NCBI GenBank assembly: GCA_047967505.1
Contig: CM106538.1
Direction: 5' to 3' (one strand)
From: Dipteris shenzhenensis
Taxonomy: Eukaryota
DNA: 64,000 bases
Shown here: in pieces, positions 28,201 through 42,415 of the stretch
How the letters are laid out: the number at the start of each line of letters is the position of its first letter
How positions within the stretch are numbered: the stretch's first letter is position 1
Made by a program: the position numbers and the translations under genes
Notes under the pieces: model-generated
Database searches by the model: none
The model's input: the letters and a program-made list of their open reading frames with translations, nothing else
Told to the model about the DNA's origin: nothing

Positions 28201-29336
28201 AAGAGCATTTAGTTTGCAAGCTGAAGAAGAGTCTCTATGGTCTTAAGCAAGCGCCTAGAGAATGGTATCAGAAGTTTGATGCTTTCATTCGGTCCCAGGG
28301 TTTTAGAAGGAGTGAAATTGATCACTGCCTCTACACTAAAAGGGCTAAGGATAGTAGCCTGATAATCCTAGCACTATATGTGGATGATATGCTATTGGCT
28401 AGCAAGAATACTTATGAGCTAGATGCATTAAAGGCCAAGTTGCATGAGGCCTTTGATATGAAGGATTTGGGATTTGCAGGTCATATTCTTGGTATGCGCA
28501 TCACGCGTGATCGGAGTAGGAAACTCCTTTGGCTTTCACAAAAAGAGTATGTTACAAAAGTATTACAGCGTTTCAATATGGAGGGGGGGAAGGCAGTGAG
28601 TACTCCATTGCCTCCATATGTGAAACTGAGTCATACAGATAGTCCCAAATCAGATGAGGAGAGGGCCATGATGGCCAAGGTTCCTTATGCATCAGCAGTT
28701 GGGAGTCTTATGTATGCTATGATAGCTACTAGACCAGACATTGCATTTGCAGTGGGAGTTGTTAGCCGGTATATGGCTAATCCAAGAAAGAGGCATTGGG
28801 AGGCAGTTAAGTGCATCATGAGGTACATGAAGGGTACCAAGGAGATGTGCATTTGCTTTGGTAAAGGAGACATGCGTGTACTTGGGTACACAGATTCAGA
28901 CTATGCAGGGCATGTGGATAGTAGGAGATCCACTTCTGGTTATGTGTTCACCTTTGCAGGTGGTGCAGTGTCGTGGATGTCTCGCGCACAGAAGTGCGTT
29001 GCTTTGTCTACCACAGAGGCTGAGTATGTTGCAGCCACAGAGGGTTGCAAGGAGGCTATATGGCTTGATCGGCTAGTGGGAGATTTGGGGATTCATACAG
29101 GTGTACCGACATTGCATAGTGATTCCATGAGTGCTATTCAGCTAGCACGGAATCCGGTCTTTCATGCAAAGACCAAACACATTGAGGTCAGGTACCATTT
29201 CATCAGGGAGGTACTTGAGGACAAGCGCATAGAGCTTGTCAAGGTTCATACAGATGATAACCCTGCAGATATGCTGACGAAGAGTCTACCTAGTCAGCGG
29301 TTTGAGTATTGTCGTGTATTGATGGGCATTGGATAG
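25273..29336 (+). CDS. Copia B gag-pol polyprotein with one frameshift in gag (~25670)
   Basis: gag KFDGTNFSLW from ATG 25273. The 1213-aa ORF 25695-29336 contains the CCHC knuckle, WILDSGASFH, HHCC/DDE integrase, YVDD RT and RNaseH ADMLTK. The sister copy D reads through this point (IIFSQLQA) with one more T. Confidence 0.95.
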
Positions 29337-29389
29337 TATGCTCACTGGTTGTTCTCCCTTAAAGGCACATTGTCCTTTAAGTGGGAGGT

Positions 29390-29560
29390 TGTGGGGGTTA
29401 AAGGTCACTGTGCCTTAACCCCAGTTATGTACAATACTCAAACACATATATAAATGAATGAAAAAGAAGATTAGGGTGGTTCTGCACCCACCAAAACTTG
29501 TGTGGCTCTCTGTCTCTCTCTCTCCTTCTTCCATTCTTGCTTCCGTTGAGAGCACTCTCA
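29390..29560 (+). repeat. 3' LTR of copia B
   Basis: Follows the PPT, is followed by TSD TAAGA, and is identical to the 5' LTR. Confidence 0.97.
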
Positions 29561-31809
29561 TAAGATTCATCCTAGCCAATGGCTTTTCATGCAAACTAGC
29601 ATCTCTATTCAATCTTACCCTTCCTTTCCACTACATCAGCCACCATAGGCCTTCCAAGGCTCAATCAAACCTGCAATTAAGTCAAAACCTGACATTTTTA
29701 GGAGAAACCATGAGCAAACCAAATCATACCATGATATATTTCTCCATACTCCCACACCTCTACTCATCCCCTTCTCCACAAGCCATTTTACACAAACCAT
29801 CCACAAAGGCTTCAGTTTGGGTTATTAACGATCAAATCTTAAGTACATTGGGTATGTGGACTTAACTAATCATTCTTCGCCAGATGGTAGAGACCCATTT
29901 TTATTGTTCTTCCCATAGACAACCCCTTATCAGGTGCGCCATCATCAAATCTAGGTAAGTGAGTCTATACGGTAGGCATATTACCCACAAGCACCAGTAG
30001 CTCACAAGTCCACAATGCACCCAGCCAAATTCACGGTCAGCATTAGGTGATTATGGTCAATACATTCTTGCATTTTTTGCATCTTTGCACACTGACCTCA
30101 CATGTCTATGTGTCACCAGGTATGTCTTCCCCATTCTCTCTCCTGGGCAACACCCTCAGCATGAGACAACCCCCTCAACAGGTCTGGTAATTGTCAAAAT
30201 TCCCATTTTCAAGCCTAATTAGTACCCCAGTGCCTTAGCTAGATATCTTGCCTACCCGGTGCCTTAGCCTGCTATCCCTCCGATCGGAGCCATAGAGTTA
30301 TCTTGCAGGATTGTCACCATACCACCAACCCGCTGACCGGTGCCATCCCTACAAGCCTCTAATTTGTCATCTTAGCTATCCTATCGTCGTCGCCAGACTA
30401 CCATCACACCTCGTCATCACCATAATGCTATCCCTCTAGTTGGTGGGATACTGAAAACTATAAAAGGGCCCCTTTTCCCCCTGGATCGTCGCCTTAGCAA
30501 AAGCAGCCAAACTCTGTCAGCTTTTTGCCAAAAATTCCTATGCCCTCCTGCCCCCTTCCACACTACCCACCAACCTCCAATTGAATGTCCTGTGCCTCTT
30601 CCTCCTCTACAGACTTGTTCGTTACTCGCTCCTTCTTCCCAATGGATCCCGAAAACAAAATCCTTGAATTCACGAGAGAACTCGGCCTACACCCCCAGAA
30701 TCCATCATCTACCAATCCATTGCCCACCCTTCCATTTAAGTACCAAAGCACTCTCTCAGTATCAATTCGGATGCCTTCTGACATTCCTGCAGTCTAACTG
30801 TAGATCGAAGAGGAGATCAATACTCAACAGCAAACCGTTAAAGAGCCAACAACAGTGGCTGTCACTCTTCCTTCTCGATCATCCAAGAAGCGCACACTAG
30901 CACCAGTGTGCAAGGAGAATACAAGGTACTTGCAGCAACGTTCCACTGTGACATGGACAGATGACAGAGTCTTCCTAAGATTTTGGCGCATCTGTCTTGA
31001 TTCTCGTGACCTTATCACCAAAGTGTGGTCACTCAAGGTTGACATCTACTAAACCACCCACTAGGCTTGGGTCACTATTTTGACATGTGGCATCTTCAAT
31101 GTATCTCTATCCTACCACGTGGCACCCTATCTGCCACATAGGCAGCAAGCTTATCTACACATCATCAGAAAGAGCCCTACATGTGCTTGTCACACAACCT
31201 AGCACATCAGTAGTTCAAATACTAGGCCATGTCATATGACACGTGTCCACCACTAGCGACACCTCAGTAGAGCCACATCAACACAAGGGTCACTGCCACA
31301 TCATCATTGACTCCACGTTAGCATTGACAAAGTCAAAGTGCCACATCATCCCCAGTCAAAGTCATGCTACCATGTCATCATTGCCATGTGGACTATCCAT
31401 CTCATCTACCATGTGGCAGTCCCTTGCCAGGCATAGTTGCCCCTCCATTGGCACATTGTGCACACTGCATGTGCACCCAATTTCCACCTCATCACACATT
31501 GTCCCATAGGCACACCCCTTGGCAGACACACCCCTGCATGTGAACACAGTGGCCACATCACTTCCACATTATTATTTTCACCCTTTTTGCCCTCCACCTT
31601 GATCAAGCGATATCTCTTGATCCATGAAGAATTTGAAGGCTCTCCAAAAAGGAAATACGCTTGATTTTTTGTGCTCTACGCGCTCGTCACATCAAGCACA
31701 CATTTCAATGCAAGTATTACACACTTTGAGCCTTGGTGGACAAATCCAATTCTTTCCCTTTGCATCGACGCAACCATTCATGCACACAAAGGTCATTCCA
31801 ATAATCAAA

Positions 31810-34800
31810 CATGCAAAACTTTAGATAGAAGGAGAGGCAGAGGTAGATCATTCCAGCGAAGTGGTCATCATCAACAACAAAGTCAGCATCAAAGTCAGAT
31901 TCAGCATCAGAATCATCCTCAGCAACATCAGCATCAGCAAAGAGGAAATCATTTTAATCGAGAAAGATTCCAAGGATGAGGGAATGCATCCACCAACGTG
32001 TCAAACATTAAGTGTCATAAGTTTGGACACTATGAAAGAGATTATTGCAAGAAGACATATGACGAAGGCAGTCAATCCAGCAGAGGGAATTTTTGAGAAA
32101 GAGGAAATCGTCGGGGTGGTCACAGTCACTATGCCAATGAACCTGAGAACATGTTTCTTGCAAGTGAGGATATGCAGCACACTAAAACAGTGTATCTTGA
32201 CATAGATTGCAATTCAAAAGGGGAATACAGTTATCAAGTCGACCAAGCAAATCAAGATCCTTGGTACATCGACAACGGTGCATCATCTCATATGACAAAG
32301 TATTAGGAATGGTTCATAGAGATGAAACCATTAGAAAGTTAGAAGAATGTTATCTAGACTGGATAACACGCCGAATCCAGTTCAAGGGAAAGGCATTGTC
32401 CCTATGAACAATTTCACTGGTATGAAAGGATTGGTGAAAGATGTACTCTATGTTTTGAAACTCAGCAAAAACCTCTTATTTTTATTGGTCAAATGATGAA
32501 ATACAACTATCGAGTCATCTTCAATGGAGATGAATGCACGATTAGAGACAAATCTAGAGGATATTAGCTAGTAGGAAAAGTAGTCAAGGAAGGACGCTTG
32601 TTCAGAATGCTAGCTACAGTACCAATTTTGCATGCCATGTTAGCTCAACCGCAAGAGATGCCACTTTCTGCAATGGCACGAGATATGGACATGTCAATTT
32701 CACAAGCGTGATAGAGCTCAGAAATCAGAATATGGCAATTGGAATTCCTAAGCTTCAGTGTCTTGGAAAAGTTTGCGAAGCATGCTACTTCAGTAAACAA
32801 AAGCGAACCAACTTTGGTAGAAGCGCCTCTCAAACTAGAGGTTTTCTTGATTTGATACATACAGATGTATCCTATTATGTCGAAAACCACAGCATCAATG
32901 GTTCACTTTACTACTTGACTTTCACCGATGACTACAATAGATATTGTTGGGTCTACTTTCTGAAAGAAAAATCTAAAGTCTTCTCCAGATTTCAAGAATT
33001 CAAAGCCATAGTAAAAACCAGACATGTAGAAAGATCAAAGTCATGAGATCAAACAGAGGAGGTGAGTGAGGGTAAATACATGTCTTCCAGCAATCATGAA
33101 CATTTACAGAAGTCACGGCATTCGAAGACAATTCACATGTGCAAATACTCCTCAACAGAATGCAAGAGATCAAAGGAAGAATGGTACTTTATCAAACAAT
33201 GCTTAGTGAGAATCATCTTTCAAATCAATATTGGGCATAAGCAATAGCCACTACTTTCTTAATCGGCTTCCGACCAAACCGATTCAAGGTATGACACCTT
33301 ATCAAGCATTCATTGGACACAAGCCACACATTGGGCATCTTTATATATTTGGTTGCATAGCATATGCCCACAAACATGACGATCATCGTAGAAAATTGGA
33401 TGCAAAGTCACATAAATGCATCATGGTTAGCTACAGTGAATAAATCAAAGCATACAAGTTGTATGATCCCATCAACCGAAAGGTCATTATCTCCAGAGAT
33501 GTAATCTTTGATGAGGAATCATAATGGAAGACATCAACTACACAGGGGATAGACACACCGATTACTCAATCATCTATAGAAAAATTTGATGAAGAAGAGT
33601 AAGAATTGCCAAAAGCACCTCGAGAAGAGACACAACAACTCAGATGGTCTACTAGGGAAAGCAGACCTCCAGCAAGGTTGATATATGCTCAGAAAGGCAA
33701 AGTAATTCAGGTTGAAACCACCAACTGCTCTTATGACTACCATCATGGCTACAAAAGAGCTTGTGTACTTCGAAGACGTAGTTGACAAGCTAGAATGGCA
33801 AACTACTATGAATGAAGAAATGGACGCCTTGTACAAGAATAATTATGCTGCCTTCCACTAGGAAAGGCGGCCATAGCAAAATGGCTATACAAAGTGAAAT
33901 ACAATCTAGATGGAAGCATTGAAAGATACAAAGCTAGGCTAGTTGCAAAAGGATTTGCACAGCAAGATGGTCAAGACTATGATGAGACTTATGCCCCAGT
34001 ATAGCAAAGATAGATTCCATACAATTCTTGATATCACTAGCAACATGCAGCAGATGGAATATGTACCAGCCCTATGTCAAAAATGCTTTTCTCAATGGTT
34101 ACCTAGACAAGGAAGTCTACATGAAACAACCAGAAGGTTATGTTGAACCAAGGAAAGAGCATCAGGTTTGCCATCTCAAGAAAAGTCTCTATGGCTTAAA
34201 GCAAGCACCTAGAAGTTGGTACAACAGAATTGACAAGTATTTTGCTAATCTAGGATACATGACATCCAATGCAGATCATACTCTCTACTACAAAGTTCAA
34301 GAGGAAGACATTACTATTGCACTTTTGTGTATAGATGATCTGATTGTGATCGGAAGTAATGATCGCTTCATCAAGAAGTTGAAACAAGACTTATTTGCAG
34401 AGTTCGACATAAAAGATCTTGGACATATGCACTATTGTCTTAAAATTGAGTTTTGGAGAGATTCAGACAGCACCTTCATGAGTTGGTTGAAATATGTTGA
34501 TGGTCTCTTGAAGAAGTTTCATATGGCAGATTGCAAGATTGCAGCCACTCCCATGGAAAAGAGTTTGAAACTTACAAAAGATTCAGAATAGCCTACAGTC
34601 TCAATGACAGGTACTATCGGCAGCTCATTGGATCTTTTATATATTTAACTATCACACGGCCAGGTATTTGTTATGCAGTAAGTTCACTTGCACAGTTTAT
34701 GTCAATCCAAAACAGTCTTACTGGAATGCAACCAAAAGAGGCTTGAGATACATCAAAGGTATAAGACAGTTTGAAATATAATACAAAGGAAGTCATCCAA

Positions 34801-37800
34801 GGTTACATGGATACTATGATAGTGACTATATCAGAGATTATGAGACCAAGAGATCCACATATGAATATGCATTTTTCCTTAGTCAAGGTGCTATATCACT
34901 GTTGTCAAACAAGCAACCAATTGTTTCCTTATCTTCAACTGAAGCAGAATATAGAGCACTCACTACAGGTGCATTGAGAGTGCTCTTAACGGAAGAGGGA
35001 GAGAGAGAAACAGAGAGCCACACAAGTTTTGGTGGGTGCAGAACACCCTAATCTTCTTTTTCATTCATTTATATATGTGTTTGAGTATTGTACATAACCG
35101 GGGTAAAGGCACACTGACCTTTAACCCCCACAACCTCCCACTTAAAGGACAATGTGCCTTTAAGGGAGAACAACCAGTGAGCATACTATCCAATGCCCAT
35201 CAATACACGACAATACTCGAACCGCTGACTAGGTAGACTCTTCATCAGGATATTTGCAAGGTTATCATCTGTATGAACCTTGACAAGCTCTATGCGCTTG
35301 TCCTCAAGTACCTCCCTGATGAAATGGTACCTGACCTCAATGTGTTTGGTCTTTGCATGAAAGACCGGATTCTGTGCTAGCTGAATAGCACTCATGGAAT
35401 CACTATGCAATGTCGGTACACCTGTATGAATCCCCAAATCTCCCATTAGCCGATCAAGCCATATAGCCTCCTTGCAACCCTCTGTGGCTGCTACATACTC
35501 AGTCTCTTTGGTAGACAAAGCAATGCACTTTTGTGCACAAGACATCCACGACACTGCACCACCTGCAAAGGTGAACACATAACCAGAAGTGGATCTCCTA
35601 CTATCCACATGCCCTGCATAGTCTGAATCTGTGTACCCAAGTACACGCATGTCTCCTCTACCAAAGTAGATGCACATCTCCTTGGTACCCTTCATGTACC
35701 TCATGATGCACTTAACTACCTCCCAATGCCTCTTTCCTGGATTAGCCATATACCGGCTAACAACTCCCACTGCAAATGCAATGTCTGGTCTAGTAGCTAT
35801 CATAGCATACATAAGACTCCCAACTGTTGATGCATAAGGAACCTTGGCCATCATGGCCCTTTCCTCATCTAATTTGGGACTATCTGTATGACTCAGTTTC
35901 ACATATGGAGGCAATGGAGTACTCACTGCCTTCCCCCCCTCCATATTGAAACGTTGCAATACTTTTGTAACATACTCTTTTTGTAAAAGCCAAAGGAGTT
36001 TTCTACTCCGATCACGCGTGATGCGCATACCAAGAATATGACCTACAAGTCCCAAATCCTTCATATCAAAGGCCTCATGCAACTTGGCCTTTAATGCATC
36101 TAGCTCATAAGTATTTTTGCTAGCCAATAGCATATCATCCACATATAGTGCCAAGATTATCAGGCTATTATCCTTAGCCCTTTTAGTGTAGAGGCAGTGA
36201 TCAATTTCACTCCTTCTAAAACCCTGGCACCGAATGAAAGCATCAAACTTTTGATACCATTCTCTAGGCGCTTGCTTAAGACCATAGAGACTCTTCTTCA
36301 GCTTACAAACTAAATGCTCTTCGCCCTTTTCTTCAAAGCCTTCCGACTGCACCATGTAAATTTCCTCATGCAAATCCCCATGCAAGAAAGCTGTCTTGAC
36401 ATCCATCTGCATAAGCTCCATATCCTCTAATGCCACTAGTCCAAGCATGCATCTAAGTGTGGTCATCTTCACAACCGGTGAGAATATCTCATCAAAGTCC
36501 ACACCCTTCTCTTGTTTGAACCCTTTAGCGACCAAACGGGCCTTGTACCTAGGCACATCATCACCTGCGACCTTCATTTTGTAGACCCATTTACATGGCA
36601 ATGCTTTCTTTCCATGTGGCAAAGAAACCAAGTCCCAAGTCTTATTCTTCATAAGTGAACTCATCTCTGATTGCATAGCATACTCCCACTTGCGTTGATC
36701 CTCGTGCATCATGTAGCAAGAAGGCTCCACGCAATCAGTAAGCATCACATAGTCTACCCTTGGAACAAACCTATCAGGTGGTCTAGACACTCTAGATGAT
36801 CTTCTCAAAGGCATTTCAGCTTGCTGTCCCACCTGCATATCAGCCACATTTGGCTCATCATTTCCACCAATAGATAATCCATCATCTACCCTTGATTGTA
36901 TACCTGTCGGAGTACTTGGTGGTACCATTTCTTGCACATTTGGTGCATGGACAGCTTGCTGTCTATCAACATATGTAGGTGGATTCACATCCTGGAAAGT
37001 GATTCTCCTCATTTCCACATCCCTCATGGGTGCCTTATGCATCTTCTTCTCATTGAAGACTACATCATGGCTGCGTATGATCTTCTTTGCTTTTGGATCC
37101 CAATGACGATAGCCCATCTCTCCACTTTCACCATAACCCAGAAAGATGCATTTCCTAGACTTAGGATCTAGCTTCTTTCGAAGCTCTTTTGGCACATGTG
37201 CATATGCCGCACACCCAAATATACACAAATGAGAGTAAGAGGGCTTCTTGCCACTCCATGCCTCTTTAGGAATACCACCATCCAAACTCTTACTAGGTGA
37301 TATATTGATCACATGCATTGCAGTCTTCATTTCCTCAGCCCAAAAACCACCAGAAAGACTTGCATTGGAAAGCATGCATTGCAACCTTTCTTAAATGGTA
37401 CGGTTCATCTTCTCTGCAATTGGATTTTGCTCTAGAGTACGAGGGGATGTGAGCTCCCTCTTAATCCCACGTGTATCACAAAAATGCTGAAAGTCATGAG
37501 AGAGATACTCTCCACCATTGTTAGTCCATAGGCATTTAAGTGTTCTACCTGACTGATTCTCAACCAAGGCCATCCATTTCTAAAATACCTGGAACACATC
37601 ACTCTTCTGAGCTATAGCATAAGCCCACATTTTCCTAGTTGCATCATCAATGAATGTCACATAGTATTCAGCCCCGCTAATGATCATGTAGGCATGGGAC
37701 CACATATGTCTGAATGCACCAAATCAAGCTTTTCAATCTCTTTCTTTCCCCTTCTTTTATGGGCTGATTTAGTCTGCTTCCCATAGAGACAGTGCTTACA

Positions 37801-40800
37801 AATTTCAAAATCAGAGAAACTCAAATGCGGTACATAACCCAAATGGCATAAGAGTTTCATTCCATTATGGCTCATGTGCCCCAACCTGCAATGCCATAAA
37901 GAAGTGCTTGGCTGCTCGGTTATTGCAACAACATGATCAAATACCCCTGATACATGTAAGGGATACAAAGTCCCACACTTGGCACCGCTGGCCAAAAGCA
38001 TAGAGCCCTTCTGAATTTTCCAACTCTGAAAGCCAAAAGTGGTGTGAAAACTAGCATCATCTAGCTGACCCACTAAAATAAGACTCTTGGTCAACTTAGG
38101 CACATGTCTCACATGTTTCAAAATAAATGCAGACCCATTTGTAAAAGAAAACTTTATGTCACCTACTCCCACTATGTCACATGCATAGTCATTTCCAAGA
38201 TGCACACAACCTGTCTTTCCACTGTCATAAGTGGAGAACCATTCCCTATGGGGAGTAACATGGAATGAAGCACCAGAATCCAAAATCCAATCCTGGGAAT
38301 ATGCATCATCTGAAGTGGTAAGCAACTCTGCAGATAAACTAGACATGAAGAGAACGTCATTGTCACTATCATGTGTGACTGCATTGATCTCCTCGATCTT
38401 CACTTTTCCTTTGTCCTCCCTTGGACTCTCTTCGTTTTGATTTGCACCCCAATTTGCATTCTTTTTCTTATCCTTTTGCTCTCTTTTCAGCTTGTAGCAA
38501 TCCTTTTTCATATGGCCCTTCTTGCCACAGTGGTAACACTCAATGTTCCGTGCACTGGATTTGCTACGAGACTTCCCTCTTTCTTGGGACTTCCCCCTGA
38601 ACTGTGATCTGCCCCTTTGCACATTTAAGGCTACATCCTGCTTGCTGCCATCCATAGACTTCCGTCTAATCTCCTCGGCCAACAAGCTACCCATAACATC
38701 ATCAAATTTCAGTACTCCACCAGGTGCGGAGTTACTGACAGCTATACGGAAGGTATCCCATGAGGATGGCAATGAACATAACAGAAATATTGCCTTAGTC
38801 TCCGCATCAAAATTCATCTTCTGAGCCTGAAGCTGGCTGAAAATAATATTGAATTCATTCAAGTGAGAAGCAATGGAGACCCCTTCCTTCATCTGCAGCT
38901 CAAACAACCTCTTCATGAGGTAAACTTTATTAGAGGCAGTTTCCCTTTCATAAGTGGCACACAGTTTCTTCCACAAATCTTCCGTAGTCTGCTCATTTAC
39001 CACTGTGAAATAAACTAACTTTGCAAGATGAAGTCTAATAGTAGATTTTGCTAATGCATCCAACTCATTCCAATCATCCTTAAACATATTTGTAGGCTTA
39101 GCTTCAATCCCTGCCAAGGGTTTAATCTGCTTCTTTTGAATAAGCACATCCCTTATTTGTTCTTTCCACAAAGAAAAGTTTGTCCCATCAAACTTTTTAA
39201 TGCTGAAAAACTCCTTTTCAGACATGGAAGAGGATGCCATGATGCAAATAAAGCAAAATCCCAAATGCTAGTGCCTATAAGAGAGAATCACACCAAATAC
39301 CAGGTGCACCCAAATGTGTATGCCACAATAGAGTGAAATATCACCAAAACTCAAAGCTCAAAGCATCAAAAGATGCATCTGACTCATGTGCATATACTAT
39401 GCATCCATATGAGCAAATCTGGCCCAAAAGAAAATGCCAACTGCAATGGCAATCCAAAATGCCAATAAGTGCCAAATGACTCAAGCATAAACACCGTCCA
39501 CTGGCATATGCTTTAATAATATCTTATCCAAGAGAGCATAGCACTATCAGTGCATCACCTGCAATGTGTCAAAGCTGTCCCTCAGCATAAAATAGCATCC
39601 ATGTGCAAAGCGTCCATAAAATTAGCATCCCACAAGGCAATTTGGGCCTATCAGCGCATCCAATAAGGACCGCAATGCATCCAAATGGCCTATAAATCAT
39701 CCACTGCAACCCAATGCACACCACGAATGAGCGCACACTGCTCAAACTGTAACCAGACTGATCTGCATAAGGTATGCTCAAGAAATCATAGTCCCACGGT
39801 AATGACCACTACTGAAAATAGAACATGAGATGCCTCAAAACATGGGTGCCATTGCGTAATCGGACTCAGCAAGAAAATCTGCAAATATCTCTCTTCTGCC
39901 AGAACTCCAAAATCCCAACCGATCAGTGAGAAATGGGTGTCAACACTTATCCACTGCCATGTGGCATAAATTTAAGGTTTCAAAACCTTAGACTGAAAAA
40001 TGCATAACAGAGAGACGAAATCGAATACACAGAGATCTATAACTCTAAAAATCCTCCACCGAATCGTGCAAGAACTGACAGGTAGGGGTTTTTGGGCGTC
40101 TGGAACGCAATGGGACAGACGGTTTTGGAAACCGTGGTCTCAATCACTGGGTCCAACACACAGACTGAAAAACGTTTTTGGAAACAGAGCTATTTGTAAA
40201 CTCCATCGGAGTGTGAATGATGAGCAACATAGAAGTTTTAGGACCTTCTAAGTCCATCGGAAGTGACAGATTTGCAAATGGTTGCTCCAAACTTGAGTTC
40301 CAACACCCGGGCAAAAAACGCGGAAACTGACACAGTGAGTCAGAAATCCAATGAAATGATCCCAGATTCAAGAATGAAGGTGTTTCCAAGCTCCTAAAGT
40401 GAAGTGGATACCAAAAGCAAGCAATAGTTGCCTCTACAAGTCAATACGGAGTCTCTGTCATCGAACGGAACAGGGAAAAGCTCAAAAAAATGACTTTTTC
40501 TTTGAAAACACTTAACAGGCTCTCAAAACCACTTCGCAAAACCAAAGTGACTTTTCTAAAGGTTCCTCCAAGGTCTCTACACACTCGGATGCAAGTAAAG
40601 TCACCCACAAAGCTTCCCACAGAGCTTCTCCTTCCTCCCATAGAGCTGCAGAGCTTCAAACATTCACGCATACTCAGCTAGATCACCCGGGCTCTGATAC
40701 TAGTTGAGAGTGCTCTCAACGGAAGCAAGAACGGAAGAGGGAGAGAGAGAAACAGAGAGCCACACAAGTTTTGGTGGGTGCAGAACACCCTAATCTTCTT

Positions 40801-41514
40801 TTTCATTCATTTATATATGTGTTTGAGTATTGTACATAACCGGGGTAAAGGCACACTGACCTTTAACCCCCACATGCATGTGAGGCTATATGGCTCAGAA
40901 GGCTATTGTTAGAAACAGATTACTTTGATGAATCAAAGCCAACAACAATAGACCGTGATAATCAATTGGCTCAAGCATTGGCCAAGAATCTAGTATATCA
41001 CTCTAGTACAAAGCACATTGATATCAGAGAGCACTTCATCAGAGAAAGAGTATTACTTGATGACATCACACTGCAACATTGTGATAGCAAAGAAAATGTT
41101 GTAGACATCTTGACCAAACCACTCGGTAAAGAGCTTTTCAAGAAGCACTGACAAGCTCTTGGTTTGATGCAGAGGAAGGACATTCTCATTAAAGGGGTGT
41201 GAAGGAATGTAATGCTCAGTCCTTCTTCGATTCCCCAAAATCATCATCTTGAGGGAAGGCCTACTTCATGATGTTGATCTTGAGGGAAGGTGTTGAGAAA
41301 CCATCTCAACATCATGTGATCATATGTGCATAACATTAAAACATAGAGAGTGCTATAAAGAAAAGGGCTAGATGCCCTAACCCTAAAAGGGTTTGTATAT
41401 ATTCTACAATTTCAACTAAATCTAGTGTACAGTTAGTCGTTTGTGGTGTGCTCTCTAGCTGTGCCCTCTCTGCTCATCTCCACTCTTCTCCTCTCCCCTC
41501 TTCATATTTTATCA
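31810..41514 (+). mobile_element. Old degenerate copia C (5' end lost), interrupted in RNaseH by copia D; 3' LTR ~41291-41514
   Basis: RGRGR linker; CHKFGHYERDYC knuckle; WYIDNGASSHMT; CEACYFSKQKR; KKSLYGLKQAPRSWY. RNaseH is split as STEAEYRALTTGA|CEAIWLRRLL across the D insertion, then VDILTKPL. PPT GAGGGAAGG is followed by TGTTGAG...TATCA. Confidence 0.9.
34975..40874 (-). mobile_element. Full-length copia D (same family as B, inverted), pseudogenised, nested in copia C
   Basis: LTRs 40705-40874 (170 bp) and 34975-35132 (158 bp; 12-bp deletion plus 1 substitution); TSD TGCAT on both sides; PBS mutated to TAGTATCAGAGC. gag-pol fragments 39264-37684, 37573-37391 and 37384-35186 are near-identical to B but carry stops and a frameshift. 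Confidence 0.97.
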
Positions 41515-41929
41515 CCCCACCAGAAGTCCAAGATCTCTATACATAGTATACACTTCTCTTATTCTTCTCTTAAACGTAATGAGGGGTACACTGTTATATA
41601 GACAACCCTAACTAAGAGAATCATAATCTTTGAGTTCTCTTTACACACAGTCTATGCATTTAGGGACATTTCCCCTTTTATTGATGTATTTCACACTATG
41701 CAATTACATCCACAACATTGCTTTCCTTGGAATTGCACCTTGAGGATGAGGATCTATAGACGCTCTTCACAATTTCATAGAAAATATGCCAAGTTGAACA
41801 GATGGGCTTGCAACCATGATGCCTCTCATCGTCTCTTGTAACTCTAATGATTTTAACAATTGAATCCACTATCTTTGGCTATTCACCTCGTCTATTCACC
41901 TTGTTGCAATATACTCTTGCTATTCACCT

Positions 41930-42415
41930 CCTCTCAAATCTCAATTAATTAATTATCACCGAATTCCCTTACACATTAACCTATGCGATAGAGCATAGGT
42001 TACACATTAATTATCACTGTGTCGGTTTGATTAAGCTTTCCCTCCCCCTCCATCGTTGCCTCTTCCTCCCTTGCTTCCCAACTCATCACCATCTCCGTCC
42101 TCCCCTCTCGCTCCGCTCCCTCCCCTCTCCCTCTCCCTCCACTCCCTGTGTACACTTCCTTTCTTGCCCTCCTCTCAAATCTCAATTAATTAATTATCAT
42201 CGAATTCCCTTACACATTAACCTATGCGATAGAGCATAGGTTACGCATTAAAATTATCACTGCGTCGGACTGATTAAGCTTTCCCTCCCCCTCCATCATT
42301 GCCTCTTCCTCCCTCGCTTCCCAACTCATCACCATCTCCGTCCTCTCCTCTCCCTCCGCTCCCTCCCCTCTCCCTCTCCCTCCACTCCCTGTGCACACTT
42401 CCTTTCTTGCCCTCC
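41930..42415. repeat. Tandem duplication of a 241-bp unit with a CT-rich tract and a 10-bp hairpin
   Basis: CCTCTCAAATCTCAATTAATTAATTATCA... occurs twice; TAACCTATGC-gataga-GCATAGGTTA at 41977-42002 and 42218-42243. Confidence 0.9.

Larger units (their letters stand above)
23662..29560 (+). mobile_element. Full-length, very young Ty1/copia LTR retrotransposon B (5899 bp)
   Basis: Identical 171-bp LTRs (23662-23832 and 29390-29560, TG...CA); TSD TAAGA on both sides; perfect PBS TGGTATCAGAGC at 23835-23846; PPT AAGTGGGAGG before the 3' LTR. Confidence 0.98.
22960..30130 (-). mobile_element. Old LINE-like ORF2 C-terminal remnant, interrupted by copia B
   Basis: Trp-rich degenerate minus-strand peptides on both sides of the copia B TSD (WLQVWDVRRADYRLMLW, LNDKWKI..PKWWKERI, LEGLWWLM*WKGR), resembling the region downstream of L1-type RT. 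No catalytic motif seen. Confidence 0.4.

Noticed and set aside
29415-29865. ORFs overlapping the LTR and antisense ORFs across the copia pol genes
   Set aside because: Shadow frames of retroelement sequence with no independent evidence.
30192-31693. Solo LTR or 5' LTR of copia C
   Set aside because: No similarity to the 41291 LTR, no PBS and no matching TSD.
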